This document shows, piece after piece, positions 1 through 9,505 of a stretch of DNA of 24,904 nt. The notes under the pieces are model-generated. The model was not told the DNA's origin, searched no databases, and saw only the letters and a list, made by a program, of their open reading frames with translations. Position numbers and translations under genes: made by a program. Within the stretch, counting starts at the first letter, position 1. Each line of letters starts with the position of its first letter. Source of the stretch: Omnitrophica bacterium RIFCSPLOWO2_12_FULL_50_11 (GTDB lineage: Bacteria > Omnitrophota > Omnitrophia > Omnitrophales > Danuiimicrobiaceae); contig MHFT01000010.1 of NCBI GenBank assembly GCA_001804315.1, forward strand, positions 1 through 24,904. Reading direction: 5' to 3'.

Positions 1-2249
1 AGTTCCATCTTTTTCTCTTTCATTCGGTCGGTCACCTCGGCGAACTCAATCTGGATGATTTTTTCCAGATCCTCCCGGGTCAGCTGGTGGAAAACGATCA
101 TGTCATCAACGCGGTTCAAAAACTCAGGCCGAAATGTCTTCTTCGCTTCGTCCACAAATTTTGTTTTCATACCGTCGTACGTCTCTTGCTCCGACTTCGC
201 CTTAAAGCCGAGATCCCCGTGGCGCTTCCAAAGGTCGACCCCGATATTGGACGTCATAATTAAAACCGTGTTCCGGAAATCCACCCGACGACCAAAGGAG
301 TCCGTCAAACGGCCGTCTTCCATCACCTGGAGCAGAATGTTAAAGACATCTGGATGTGCTTTTTCCACTTCATCCATAAGCACAACCGAATAAGGCCGCC
401 GCCTCACCTTCTCGGTCAACTGACCTCCTTCCTCATACCCCACATAGCCGGGAGGCGCTCCCACAAGACGGGAAACATTAAATTTCTCACTGTATTCGGA
501 CATGTCAATTTGAACCATCGCATCCGGATCACCGAACATGAACTCCGCAAGCGCACGCGCCAGAAGTGTTTTTCCCACACCGGTCGGCCCCATGAAGATG
601 AAATTACCAATGGGGCGCCTCGGATTCCGAAGACCCGACCGCGAACGACGAACCGCATGCGCAATCGCTTTAATCGCTTCGTCTTGACCAATTACCTTCT
701 TGTGGAGCTCCTCTTCCATTCGGAGCAGCCGAGCCGTTTCCTTTTCCTCCAGACGTTGGAGCGGAACCCCGGTCATCTTTGAAACAATGTAGGCTATCTC
801 TTCTTCGCCCACCGAAACTTCGATCTCAGATTTGGATTCCTTCCAGCTTTTTTTAATTCTGTTGAGCTCCTCTTTGGCTTTGCGCTCTTCATCGCGCAGT
901 TTGGCTGCTTTTTCGAAGTCCTGCGCCTTAATCGCTGCCTCCTTCTCCATCTTGACCTCTTCAATCCGCGCCTCATGTTTCTTTAAATCTTTCGGCAGCC
1001 GGGTAACGGAGAGCCGCGCGCGGGATCCTGCTTCGTCAATTAAGTCAATCGCTTTGTCCGGCAAAAATCTGCCGCTAATGTATCGATCCGACATTTTGGC
1101 AGCTGCTTCCAAAGCCTCGTCTGTCAATTTCACCCGGTGGTGGGCCTCATACCGGTCCCGTAACCCTTTCAGAATCTCGACCGTTTCGTCGACCGTAGGT
1201 GGATCCACATTAATCGTCTGAAATCGTCGCGCGAGCGCGGCATCTTTTTCAATGTACTTTCGATATTCGTCGAGCGTCGTGGCACCAATGCATTGGATCT
1301 CACCGCGCGACAGCGCTGGCTTTAAGATGTTCGACGCGTCAATGGCACCCTCTGCCCCACCCGCCCCGACGAGTGTGTGAAGCTCGTCAATAAAAATGAT
1401 CACGTTTTCAGCGCGGCGAATTTCGTCCATGACGCCTTTAATTCGCTCTTCAAACTGGCCGCGGTACTTGGTCCCCGCCACCATGAGTGCTAAGTCGAGA
1501 ACGACAATCCGCTTGTCCAGTAAAACTTCGGGCACGTCATTGGCAACGATCCGCTGAGCTAAGCCTTCTACAATTGCTGTTTTGCCGACGCCTGCTTCTC
1601 CTAACAAGACCGGATTATTTTTCGTTCGCCGCGCAAGAATCTGAATGACGCGTTCAATTTCATCGAGACGGTTCACCACCGTATCCAATTTACCCGCCCG
1701 CGCGAGAGAAGATAAATCTCGTCCAAAGGCGTCCAAGGCAGGCGTTTTTGTCTTCGTTCCTTTCGCAGTGCCTGGACCGGATGGAAAACCGCCTCCCTCG
1801 TGCGAAGGAGCCGATGAACCCAAAAGTTTAATCACTTCGGAACGCACTTTGTTCAAGTCCAAGCCGACATTCATGAGCACATGACTTGCCACACCTTCTC
1901 CCTCCTTGATGAGACCGAGGAGCAAGTGTTCGGTTCCAATGTAGTTGTGACCCAGTCTTCTTGCTTCATCCATGGCAAGTTCAATCACCTTCTTCGCCTT
2001 GGGTGTAAACGGGATGTCCCCAGAAACAATGGTGCTGGGACCAAATTGCACCAATTTCTCGACCTCAAGACGAATCGTGTCGAGCGAAAGCCCTAAATTT
2101 TGCAATACCGCTGCGGCCACACTTTCTCCTTCTTTAATTAAACCGAGTAAGATATGTTCCGTCCCAATGTAATCGTGATTAAAACGCTTCGCTTCTTCTT
2201 TTGCGAGAATAATGACTTTTCGTGCACGTTCTGTAAAACGGTCAAACAT
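1..2249 (-). CDS. clpC: ATP-dependent Clp protease ATP-binding subunit ClpC (Clp_N repeats, two AAA+ modules, UVR-like linker); 3' end runs off the window
   Basis: Minus-strand translation from ATG at 2249..2247 gives [46 protein letters not shown]... with Walker A GEAGVGKT and [17 protein letters not shown] lies 5 nt upstream. No stop codon before position 1. Confidence 0.95.
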   Translation of the reverse strand, partial: MFDRFTERARKVIILAKEEAKRFNHDYIGTEHILLGLIKEGESVAAAVLQNLGLSLDTIRLEVEKLVQFGPSTIVSGDIPFTPKAKKVIELAMDEARRLGHNYIGTEHLLLGLIKEGEGVASHVLMNVGLDLNKVRSEVIKLLGSSAPSHEGGGFPSGPGTAKGTKTKTPALDAFGRDLSSLARAGKLDTVVNRLDEIERVIQILARRTKNNPVLLGEAGVGKTAIVEGLAQRIVANDVPEVLLDKRIVVLDLALMVAGTKYRGQFEERIKGVMDEIRRAENVIIFIDELHTLVGAGGAEGAIDASNILKPALSRGEIQCIGATTLDEYRKYIEKDAALARRFQTINVDPPTVDETVEILKGLRDRYEAHHRVKLTDEALEAAAKMSDRYISGRFLPDKAIDLIDEAGSRARLSVTRLPKDLKKHEARIEEVKMEKEAAIKAQDFEKAAKLRDEERKAKEELNRIKKSWKESKSEIEVSVGEEEIAYIVSKMTGVPLQRLEEKETARLLRMEEELHKKVIGQDEAIKAIAHAVRRSRSGLRNPRRPIGNFIFMGPTGVGKTLLARALAEFMFGDPDAMVQIDMSEYSEKFNVSRLVGAPPGYVGYEEGGQLTEKVRRRPYSVVLMDEVEKAHPDVFNILLQVMEDGRLTDSFGRRVDFRNTVLIMTSNIGVDLWKRHGDLGFKAKSEQETYDGMKTKFVDEAKKTFRPEFLNRVDDMIVFHQLTREDLEKIIQIEFAEVTDRMKEKKME

Positions 2250-2275
2250 TTGTCCCTCCCGACATCCGTTTCATC

Positions 2276-2413
2276 GATTAAACTGACCCCTCGGGGAGTT
2301 TTTTTCTCCTTCCTGAGGGGTCATCCTGAGCGAAGCGAAGGATCTTGCGAGATCCTTCGGCCCTTCGGGCCTCAGGATGACGGGTCGGGAAACTCCCGAC
2401 CCGTCAATTAAAC
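2276..2413. repeat. Hairpin-rich interspersed element R1 (MITE/REP-like). Terminal inverted repeats GATTAAACTGACCCCTCGGGGAGTTT / GGGAAACTCCCGACCCGTCAATTAAAC; inverted core GTCATCCTGAG...GAAGGATCTTGCGAGATCCTTC...CTCAGGATGAC
   Basis: Nested inverted repeats read directly from the sequence. It fills nearly the whole mcsB-clpC spacer and its right TIR overlaps the mcsB stop. Related copies sit at 3488, 8645 and 22383. Confidence 0.7.
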
Positions 2414-3481
2414 TAACTCCACGTCCTTCAACCGTGTCCGCAGCAATTCAGCTCGCTTGTAGTCTCGTTCCGCCGTTTTCAAAGTTACCGAACTTAACTT
2501 CTGCAGATGGGCGGGTTGCATGTACAAGAACAGTGCATTTAAATTTTTCTTACTCAAATTCTTAATAAATCCAACATCCACCCCCAACCGCATCAAAGAC
2601 AACAACCCAAGCGTTTCAGCGCTCGACATGAGCCGCGCAGATTTAAGGGCTCCGACGGCGCGCCAGATTTGATCTTCCAGTTTTGCCCGGCGCTTCTCTA
2701 CAAGATGGCTCCTTGCTTCCTTTTCATGTTCGATCACTTGCCGCATGACGCGGTCCAAGCCGTCGACAATTTCCTCTTCGGCTTGGCCGAGTGTCATCTG
2801 ATTTGAAAACTGAAAAAAATTACCGCTTGCCTGCGTTCCCTCCCCAAAAAAACCACGCGCCGTCAAGTTAAGTTTCGAGAGCGCCTGCAAAATTTTGTTC
2901 ACTTGTTTCGTCATCATCAACCCGGCCAGATGCACCATACACGAAGCACGAAGTCCTGTGCCCACATTGGTCGGACACGCCGTCAAATACCCAAGACTCT
3001 CGTGAAACGAATAGGAAAGCCTCTTGTCAAGAGCAGAATCCACTTTGTCAACGAGGCGCCATGCCTCAATTAAATTCAAACCCGATTGAAGCACTTGAAC
3101 CCGCAAATGGTCTTCTTCGAGCACCATGATGCTTATAACTTCATTGCGGCTTACGGCCAACCCCCGTTCGCCTTGATCGGCCGCATGCTCTCGGCTGATC
3201 AAGTGGCGCTCGAGCAAAAATTGCATGTCCAAATCTTTCAGGTTCTTGTAATCAAAAAAATATGAGTCCTTGAGCATGGGCAGGCTGACAACCGCTTTTT
3301 CTACCTCGTCAAGCAGTTGTCGTTGCCGAGCTTCCTCCAACCTTTCCGAAAACGCGTATCCGCTCAGATTTCGGGCGAGCCGGATCCGAGAACTCAGCAC
3401 AATATCATTTTCCGGTCCGGTTCCTCGTAGCCATTCACAGGTTGACGTTAAAAGTTCATTCAGTTCTTTAGTTGGTTCCAT
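2408..3481 (-). CDS. mcsB: Protein arginine kinase McsB (phosphagen/guanidino kinase family)
   Basis: Phosphagen-kinase signature CPTNVGTGLRAS. Lies between mcsA and clpC as in Firmicutes. ATG at 3481; a TTG two codons upstream at 3487 is the alternative start. Confidence 0.88.
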   Translation of the reverse strand: MEPTKELNELLTSTCEWLRGTGPENDIVLSSRIRLARNLSGYAFSERLEEARQRQLLDEVEKAVVSLPMLKDSYFFDYKNLKDLDMQFLLERHLISREHAADQGERGLAVSRNEVISIMVLEEDHLRVQVLQSGLNLIEAWRLVDKVDSALDKRLSYSFHESLGYLTACPTNVGTGLRASCMVHLAGLMMTKQVNKILQALSKLNLTARGFFGEGTQASGNFFQFSNQMTLGQAEEEIVDGLDRVMRQVIEHEKEARSHLVEKRRAKLEDQIWRAVGALKSARLMSSAETLGLLSLMRLGVDVGFIKNLSKKNLNALFLYMQPAHLQKLSSVTLKTAERDYKRAELLRTRLKDVELV

Positions 3482-3487
3482 AATCAA

Positions 3488-3653
3488 GCGTCATTCTGAG
3501 GCAGCATACCAGGCCCTTGCCGAAGTCGCCAAAAGGCATCGGCGACCCGCCAGCACTTTGTGGCGGGAATCCCGACTGAGATCCTTCGCGGCACTTCGCG
3601 TTGGTTTGCTTTCCGCTCAGGATGACGAGACGACGAAAAACGTCGACTCGTCA
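3488..3653. repeat. Interspersed hairpin element R2, a variant of R1: GCGTCATTCTGAG ... GAGATCCTTCGCGGCACTTCGCG ... CGCTCAGGATGAC plus a terminal hairpin GACGAGACGACGAAAAACGTCGACTCGTC
   Basis: Shares the GTCAT(T/C)CTGAG / CTCAGGATGAC inverted core and the GAGATCCTTCG motif with R1, R3 and R4. It fills the mcsA-mcsB spacer and its last hairpin overlaps the mcsA stop codon. Confidence 0.6.
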
Positions 3654-4166
3654 CTTTTGTTTTTTATCCGACTTCTTCACTCTTTCTTCCAGCTGATGGA
3701 TCCGGTCCCGGATCTGAGCGGCCTCTTCAAACGTTTCAGCTGCGATGCATTTTTTCAAGCGCTCGTGGAGGTCTCGCAATTCAACGGACCATTTCATTTC
3801 ACCTGTCGCTTTTGCGGGTACCTTCCCGACATGGCGTAGCTCACGCTGAACCCGTTTCAGGAGCGGTGTGAGCACCCGCTCAAAAAACCGGTAGCAATCC
3901 GCACAGCCCAAACGTCCCGTTCTTCCAAAGTCCTCATACGACATGCTACAAGTTTTACAGGTGAGCTTTTCTCCTGCTTCGTCGCGACCGGTCACGCCGA
4001 TATCAGACAGACTCGCCAAAAGTTTATTGAAATCAAAATGGGTCTTAAAATCGGAGCCTTTTTGCTCCGCACAACTTTCGCACAAATGGACTTCCACCAT
4101 CTGATTGTTCATAATTTCCGTCAAATGAATCGTGGCCTCGTTCTGTCCACACGCATTGCAAATCAT
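3651..4166 (-). CDS. mcsA: McsA, activator of protein arginine kinase (N-terminal CxxC zinc fingers plus UVR-like motif)
   Basis: MICNACGQNEATIHLTEI...CESCAEQKG...CKTCSMSYEDF...LGCADCY cysteine pairs, and a C-terminal UVR-like helix (FEEAAQIRDRIHQLE). It sits immediately upstream of mcsB. Confidence 0.82.
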   Translation of the reverse strand: MICNACGQNEATIHLTEIMNNQMVEVHLCESCAEQKGSDFKTHFDFNKLLASLSDIGVTGRDEAGEKLTCKTCSMSYEDFGRTGRLGCADCYRFFERVLTPLLKRVQRELRHVGKVPAKATGEMKWSVELRDLHERLKKCIAAETFEEAAQIRDRIHQLEERVKKSDKKQK

Positions 4167-4174
4167 CTGTCGCC

Positions 4175-5104
4175 CTAGAACGTATACCGGATCCCATCGC
4201 GCTTCGTGAGGTCACGAAATGCGCTCATGAGTTTTCGGGTCATTTTCCCAGGTTTTCCCGTCCCAATCTTGCGGCCGTCCACCTTAACCACCGGCACTAC
4301 CTCAGCCGCCGTACCGGTCAAAAAAACTTCGTCTGCGTTAAAGAGGTCATGCCGCGTGAGCACACGTTCCTGACAGGGGATGTCATTCCGTAAGGCGAGA
4401 TCCATGATCGCCTGCCGTGTAATCCCTCTTAAAACGCCGACATAAGTCGGCGGCGTCTGGAGAATCCCGTTTTTGACCATGAAAATGTTGTCGCCGGTGC
4501 ACTCCGCAACGTAGCCAGCGTCATTGAGCATGAGCGCTTCCTTGTAATTGGAGTTCGATGCCTCAAGCTTTGCCAGAATATTGTTGAGATAATTGAGCGA
4601 CTTGAGCGCCGGATTGATCGCTTCTGGAATGTTCCGTACCGTCGGAACCGTGATAATGTCCATTCCATTTCGGTAAAATGACTCCGGATAGAGAATAATC
4701 TTATCCGTAATGATAAAGATATTCGGCTTCTCACACAAACGGGGATCGAGGCCTAGGTCTCCCTCGCCGCGCGTCACCACGACTCGAATGTAGGAGTCGC
4801 GGAGCCGATTCCGTTTCAACGTCTCCACAATCGCCTCCGTCAACTCTTCACTAGAAAGCGGAACTCGAAGCATGATCGAATGAGCGGACTCGCCCAGTCG
4901 CGTCAGGTGTTCTTCCAATTTGAAAACGAGACAGTTGTAGGCACGGATTCCCTCGAACGCACCGTCGCCGTACAAAAGCCCGTGATCAAAAACGGAAATT
5001 TTTGCTTCTCGCTTTGGTACAAACTCGCCGTTCAAATAAACGTGAAGCTCCGTGGGCGACGTTCGCAGCCCTTTTCCCGATTTTCCAAAACTTTTTGAAC
5101 TCAT
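4175..5104 (-). CDS. ilvE: Branched-chain amino acid aminotransferase (class IV PLP enzyme)
   Basis: YLNGEFV...VFDHGLLYGDGAFEGIRAYN...ITRQAI... are typical IlvE/class IV motifs. Its ATG overlaps the lolD stop (ATGA). Confidence 0.88.
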   Translation of the reverse strand: MSSKSFGKSGKGLRTSPTELHVYLNGEFVPKREAKISVFDHGLLYGDGAFEGIRAYNCLVFKLEEHLTRLGESAHSIMLRVPLSSEELTEAIVETLKRNRLRDSYIRVVVTRGEGDLGLDPRLCEKPNIFIITDKIILYPESFYRNGMDIITVPTVRNIPEAINPALKSLNYLNNILAKLEASNSNYKEALMLNDAGYVAECTGDNIFMVKNGILQTPPTYVGVLRGITRQAIMDLALRNDIPCQERVLTRHDLFNADEVFLTGTAAEVVPVVKVDGRKIGTGKPGKMTRKLMSAFRDLTKRDGIRYTF

Positions 5105-5784
5105 GGTGAGATGCCTCCGACTTTCGAAATGTTCTGAACCAAACCTTCATGTAATCGATACACGCGGTCGCTCTTTTGAGCAAAGCTTTCTTCGTGCGTC
5201 ACAATACAAAAGGTTTGCCCTCTTTCATTCAATTTGAAAATCAGCTCATGAACCGTATTGGCCGTCTCCTCATCCAAATTGCCCGTCGGTTCATCGCAAA
5301 AAACAATGTCCGGTTCGTTGACGAGTGAACGTGCGATTGCTACGCGCTGTTGTTCACCGCCCGAGAGCTCACTGGGCAAATGGCCTCGCCGCTGCCACAA
5401 GCCAACCTCTTTAAGCAATGTATCGGCTCGTCTTGAATCGCGCTTACCCCGAATCCAACTCGGCAGAACAACATTTTCTTCGACCGTCAGTTCCGGAAGC
5501 AAATGGTAAAACTGAAAAACGAAACCAACTTTTTGATTCCGATACCTTGCAAGCGCTGCTTCGCCTAACGTGCTGATGTCATCACCTTCAAACTCCACGC
5601 TTCCCTTCGTCGGCCGGTCTAAACCGCCCAACAGGTGAAGCAGAGTCGACTTACCGGTCCCTGACCGACCCACAATAAAAACGAGTTCACCCCGTATGAT
5701 CTCTAAATCAACGCCACGAAGGACGTGAAGCGGACCATTCGGTCCTTTGTAGTCCTTCGCGAGACCGATAGCCTTCAACATCAT
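5101..5784 (-). CDS. lolD: Lipoprotein-releasing system ATP-binding protein LolD (ABC ATPase)
   Basis: Walker [10 protein letters not shown], signature [15 protein letters not shown], Walker [13 protein letters not shown]. It is immediately downstream of a LolC/E-type permease gene. Confidence 0.82.
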   Translation of the reverse strand: MMLKAIGLAKDYKGPNGPLHVLRGVDLEIIRGELVFIVGRSGTGKSTLLHLLGGLDRPTKGSVEFEGDDISTLGEAALARYRNQKVGFVFQFYHLLPELTVEENVVLPSWIRGKRDSRRADTLLKEVGLWQRRGHLPSELSGGEQQRVAIARSLVNEPDIVFCDEPTGNLDEETANTVHELIFKLNERGQTFCIVTHEESFAQKSDRVYRLHEGLVQNISKVGGISP

Positions 5785-5823
5785 CCCCCACCACCTGGTT
5801 TCCGGAGAATAAATGCTGGGGGC

Positions 5824-7104
5824 TTACTCATAACGCAACGCTTGCACCGGACTTAGATTCGCTGCGTAGTGCGCTGGATAGAGGCCTGCCAAAAGCGACA
5901 TCAGGAGCGCAAATGCCACGATCACAATCACATCCGGAGTATTCACTTGTGCCGGTATCTGGTCAAAATAATAAATGTCACTTGGAAAAACAGAAATTCC
6001 AAACGTCCGCTCCAAAAAATCAGAAACCGGATTCAAATTCATTGCAAGAGCCAGTCCGCTAGCAGTTCCGACGAACACGCCCGACAATCCGACGACCAAT
6101 CCTTGAACCAGGAAAATCCGTCGGACCGCACCACGCGTTGCGCCAAGCGCCCTCATAATGCCAATGTCCTTCGTCTTTTCCATGACCGTCATGATTAAGG
6201 TCGACACGATGTTAAAAGCGGCAACCAAAATAATGAGAGAAAGCAAGACCGTCATCACATTTTTTTCAACCTGTAAGGCTGAAAAAAATGTACGGTTCAA
6301 ATCGATCCAGCTTCGAACCACATATCCAGTTCCGAACAATCCTTGAAGGGGACCTTTCAGCTTTTCCGCAAAACCGACGTCAGCGAGCCTGAGCCCGATA
6401 CCCGTGACATGGTCATCCAGCCGATAAAGTTCTTGTCCTCTGGTCAAATGAACCAGCACCAAACCAGAGTCGAAATCGCTCATGCCGAGTTGAAAGATAC
6501 CTGAAACCACAAACGGAAGACTTCGCGCTCGCTTCACGACTTCTTTGAGAGATTCCTCATCCATCGCGGGCGAAATGATGGTTACCACGTCGCCGACCTC
6601 AACGCGCAACCGCTCGGCCAGGCTTGAACCAATCACTGCACGACCGATCCGTTTCTGGTGCGCCGGATCAATCGAGACATCCACTTCCGTAAAATCAAGC
6701 GTCCCGCGGCGCAAATGTTTTTCAAAAAGCATCAACGGTTCGCGTTCGGGATCAATCGCTTTAAGCACGATGCCAACCGCATTCCGGTCTGAGCGGATGA
6801 TCGCTTGACCTTCCACATAAGGAGCGATGGCGGTGATTTCAGAGCCTCCCCCCAACTTGATCGTTTCGATCACAGCATCCAAATTGCCGACGCCACCAAT
6901 CTTTTCCAATCGGATGTGCGGCTGGACACCGACAATTTTCGTTTTCAGCTCTCGGTCAAAACCGCTCATCACGGCCAAAACGACGATGAGCGCCATGACG
7001 CCGACCGCCACACCCAAAACGGAAATCACCGAAATCAAGGAGACGAAACCATGGCGCCTTCCTTTCAGCACGTGTTTCATCGCAATAAAGAATTCGAACT
7101 TCAC
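5824..7104 (-). CDS. lolC: Lipoprotein-releasing system permease LolC/E family (FtsX/MacB-like, large periplasmic loop)
   Basis: N-terminus MKFEFFIAMKHVLKGRRHGFVSLISVISVLGVAVGV..MSGFDRELKTKI matches the LolC/E pattern. It has a C-terminal FtsX 4-TM bundle and overlaps the lysS stop by 4 nt. Confidence 0.8.
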   Translation of the reverse strand: MKFEFFIAMKHVLKGRRHGFVSLISVISVLGVAVGVMALIVVLAVMSGFDRELKTKIVGVQPHIRLEKIGGVGNLDAVIETIKLGGGSEITAIAPYVEGQAIIRSDRNAVGIVLKAIDPEREPLMLFEKHLRRGTLDFTEVDVSIDPAHQKRIGRAVIGSSLAERLRVEVGDVVTIISPAMDEESLKEVVKRARSLPFVVSGIFQLGMSDFDSGLVLVHLTRGQELYRLDDHVTGIGLRLADVGFAEKLKGPLQGLFGTGYVVRSWIDLNRTFFSALQVEKNVMTVLLSLIILVAAFNIVSTLIMTVMEKTKDIGIMRALGATRGAVRRIFLVQGLVVGLSGVFVGTASGLALAMNLNPVSDFLERTFGISVFPSDIYYFDQIPAQVNTPDVIVIVAFALLMSLLAGLYPAHYAANLSPVQALRYE

Positions 7105-8576
7105 ACTCCCTCCCCTTTTTCCCCATGTGGCGTAGTCAGATTTAAGTAGGAAACAGGTCTCAGCTGCGGAAATAAGATCACGTCACGAATAGACGGTGAA
7201 TTCGTAAGCAGCATAACGAGTCGGTCAATACCAATCCCAAGGCCACCCGCTGGAGGCATAGCGTACTCCAAGGCCGTCAGAAAATCTTCATCCAATTTCT
7301 TGTCGACGCCGATGATTTCCTTTTGCGCCATCAAACGTTCTCGCTGCTCGAATGGGTCGTTTAATTCCGAAAAAGCATTAGCAATTTCCATTCGCGCCAC
7401 ATACAACTCAAAACGTTCCACCACACCTTGATCATCTGTTCTCCGCTTCGCAAGCGGTGTCGTCACTGCCGGATAGTCAACTACAAATGTCGGATCGACC
7501 AACTCAGGCTCTACAAAACGGTCAAACGCTTCGTTTAGCTGATCTACCTCTTCTGGAAATTGATCAATAGGTATGCCAACTTCCCCGGCAAGTGATGAAA
7601 TCTTCCCACGCCGCCAATCCACGCCGCTTTTCTCTTTAAGTTCGTCGTAAAACGAAATGCGCTTCCAGGGTCTTTTAAAACCAATGTGGTACTCTCCGAA
7701 AGAAATCGTTTCACTTTGGCACACTTTACGCACCATAGTTGTAACGAGCTCCTCAGTCAGCACCATCATTGATTCGTAATTGGCATAAGCCTGATAAAGC
7801 TCTAGCATGGTGAATTCTGGATTGTGCTGGCTGGAAAGACCTTCGTTCCTAAAATTCCGATTCATCTCAAACACTTTTGAAAATCCACCCACCAAAAGGC
7901 GCTTTAAATAAAGTTCGGGCGCAACGCGAAGATAAAGATGCGTATCGAGCGCTTCATGATGTGTAACGAAGGGACGAGCCCGCGCGCCTCCCGGAATAGG
8001 CTGCATCATCGGAGTTTCCACTTCCGTAAAGCCGCGTTCCTCAAGGAACGATCGAATCTCACGCATTAACTGGCTCCTCTTGCGGAACACGTCTCGGACA
8101 CCTTCACTCATCATGAGATCCAAATATCGTTGACGATACCGAGCCTCTACGTCCCGAAGGCCGTGCCGCTTCTCAGGAAGCGTTCGGACAATTTTGGCAA
8201 GCAGCACAAAGCGTTCTACTTTAATTGATCTCTCACCCTTTTGCGTGATGAAAAGTGCACCCTCAATCCCCAGAATGTCACCAAGATCAAGCGATTCAAA
8301 AAATCCAAATTGCTCCTTGCCAACCAGATCGTATTTGACATAAATCTGGATTTTTTCGGTCTCATCCCTCACATCGGCAAAAGCGGACTTCCCATGCAGA
8401 CGACGTGTCATCACCCGGCCTGCGACTTTAACCTGCCTACCATCCTGAAACGGTTCCAAAAGATCCCGAATGATATCTGTGGGCACAAACCCATCCGAAT
8501 AAAGAGAAACGCCCTTCGCTTTTAAGCCCCTAATTTTACCCAGCCGTTCCTTCAATACTTCGGATGAGGAATCCAC
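7101..8576 (-). CDS. lysS: Lysine--tRNA ligase (class II)
   Basis: N-terminal OB-fold anticodon-binding domain followed by a class II aaRS catalytic core (FRNEG, GGLGIGIDRLVMLLT). SD GAGGT lies 4 nt upstream of the ATG. Confidence 0.93.
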   Translation of the reverse strand: MDSSSEVLKERLGKIRGLKAKGVSLYSDGFVPTDIIRDLLEPFQDGRQVKVAGRVMTRRLHGKSAFADVRDETEKIQIYVKYDLVGKEQFGFFESLDLGDILGIEGALFITQKGERSIKVERFVLLAKIVRTLPEKRHGLRDVEARYRQRYLDLMMSEGVRDVFRKRSQLMREIRSFLEERGFTEVETPMMQPIPGGARARPFVTHHEALDTHLYLRVAPELYLKRLLVGGFSKVFEMNRNFRNEGLSSQHNPEFTMLELYQAYANYESMMVLTEELVTTMVRKVCQSETISFGEYHIGFKRPWKRISFYDELKEKSGVDWRRGKISSLAGEVGIPIDQFPEEVDQLNEAFDRFVEPELVDPTFVVDYPAVTTPLAKRRTDDQGVVERFELYVARMEIANAFSELNDPFEQRERLMAQKEIIGVDKKLDEDFLTALEYAMPPAGGLGIGIDRLVMLLTNSPSIRDVILFPQLRPVSYLNLTTPHGEKGEGV

Positions 8577-8644
8577 GGAAATACCTCAGCTGTAAGAAGT
8601 TACGAACACGTACAATCGTTTACAAAATAAAGAGTAGCAAAAAA

Positions 8645-8770
8645 AGCGCGTCATTCTGAGACGGCGATACAGGACAAAGTCGGAGATCCCTGAACGAGAT
8701 CCTTCAGTCGGCCTACGGCCTCCTTCAGGATGAGCCATCGGACTCTCCTAAAAGGCCCCCGATGGCTCAT
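8645..8770. repeat. Interspersed hairpin element R3: GCGTCATTCTGAG...GGAGATCC...GAGATCCTTCAG...GGCCTACGGCC...CTTCAGGATGAG plus a 13-bp-stem terminal hairpin GATGAGCCATCGG/CCGATGGCTCATC
   Basis: Same core motifs as R1, R2 and R4. It sits in the lysS upstream region. Confidence 0.6.
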
Positions 8771-8927
8771 CTTACTACGTGATGTGGACAGTGTCAATGA
8801 ACCTGAGTGCTTACGACTCTGCTTAAATGATGGCGTGACGCCAAGTTGCAGCAAGTCCGTGATAAGCAAGCCTAAACTCAATTTCAGACTCAATTTCTGC
8901 GTGACAAAGCCGATGAGCATTGGTAGA

Positions 8928-9500
8928 ATGCCGCTCTTCATGCCGGTTCCGAAAAGGTCAGATCCAACGCTCATCAAAGCCCGTTCCGTATCCCCACCGT
9001 CGATTCTCCATTTACTCAGGCTGCTCGTGCTTCTTACCGTATTTGGTAGTTTCGTTTCAACACCGCCGCTGGGCGCGCAGTCAAGCAAGACACCTCAAGA
9101 ACTTTTATTGACCCCTATGAATGAAATCAATCAAGATCCTTATTTCGGCTGGGTTCTCGCGCAAAGAGACCGCGGCGCAGCGGTTGAGACAGCGAAGATT
9201 GAATACTTAATTGAGCGGATTCGGAAATCGCCTTACCTTTTTATCCGCAATCGAGTCGAATATTCAGCAGCCGAAGCGGCACGACATCTCACTTGGAAAT
9301 ACGAGCATGCACGCCGGTACGCGCTGACCGCACACGATTTCATCCGACACCTCGCAACGCGGTCGCTCGAATCGGGCCTCCTCTACCTCGTCAAACTTCC
9401 GAATGGAACCACGTATCCGGTGAAAGAACTCCTCGAAAATGAGCTTTTCGCACTCGAACAATCTCTCAACAAGAAACAACCCGCACACGTCCCGTTTTAG
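8928..9500 (+). CDS. Secreted/periplasmic protein, DUF5329-like (signal peptide ...LLVLLTVFGSFVSTPPLGAQS)
   Basis: The ORF track's 5' extension to 8730 overlaps repeat R3 and has no start signals. In-frame ATGs at 8913, 8928 and 8940 precede a hydrophobic signal-like segment. The C-terminal block IEYLIERIRKSPYLFIRN..YSAAEAARHL..KYE resembles the DUF5329 family. GTGACA-16-TAGAAT promoter-like boxes lie at 8901/8924. Confidence 0.5.
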   Translation: MPLFMPVPKRSDPTLIKARSVSPPSILHLLRLLVLLTVFGSFVSTPPLGAQSSKTPQELLLTPMNEINQDPYFGWVLAQRDRGAAVETAKIEYLIERIRKSPYLFIRNRVEYSAAEAARHLTWKYEHARRYALTAHDFIRHLATRSLESGLLYLVKLPNGTTYPVKELLENELFALEQSLNKKQPAHVPF

Positions 9501-9505
9501 TCCGG

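Noticed and set aside
2239-2247. CtsR operator at the clpC start (GGTCAAA)
   Set aside because: Only a single heptad is present. The CtsR box is a tandem direct repeat of the heptad, and no ctsR gene is in the window.
8730-8927. N-terminal 66 codons of the 256-aa ORF. Similar 5' extensions occur at 17993-18142, 16962-17237, 16973-17119 and 12181-12336.
   Set aside because: The extensions overlap repeat elements or upstream genes, lack start signals, and precede internal starts with clear SD, signal-peptide or lipobox features. Downstream starts were preferred.
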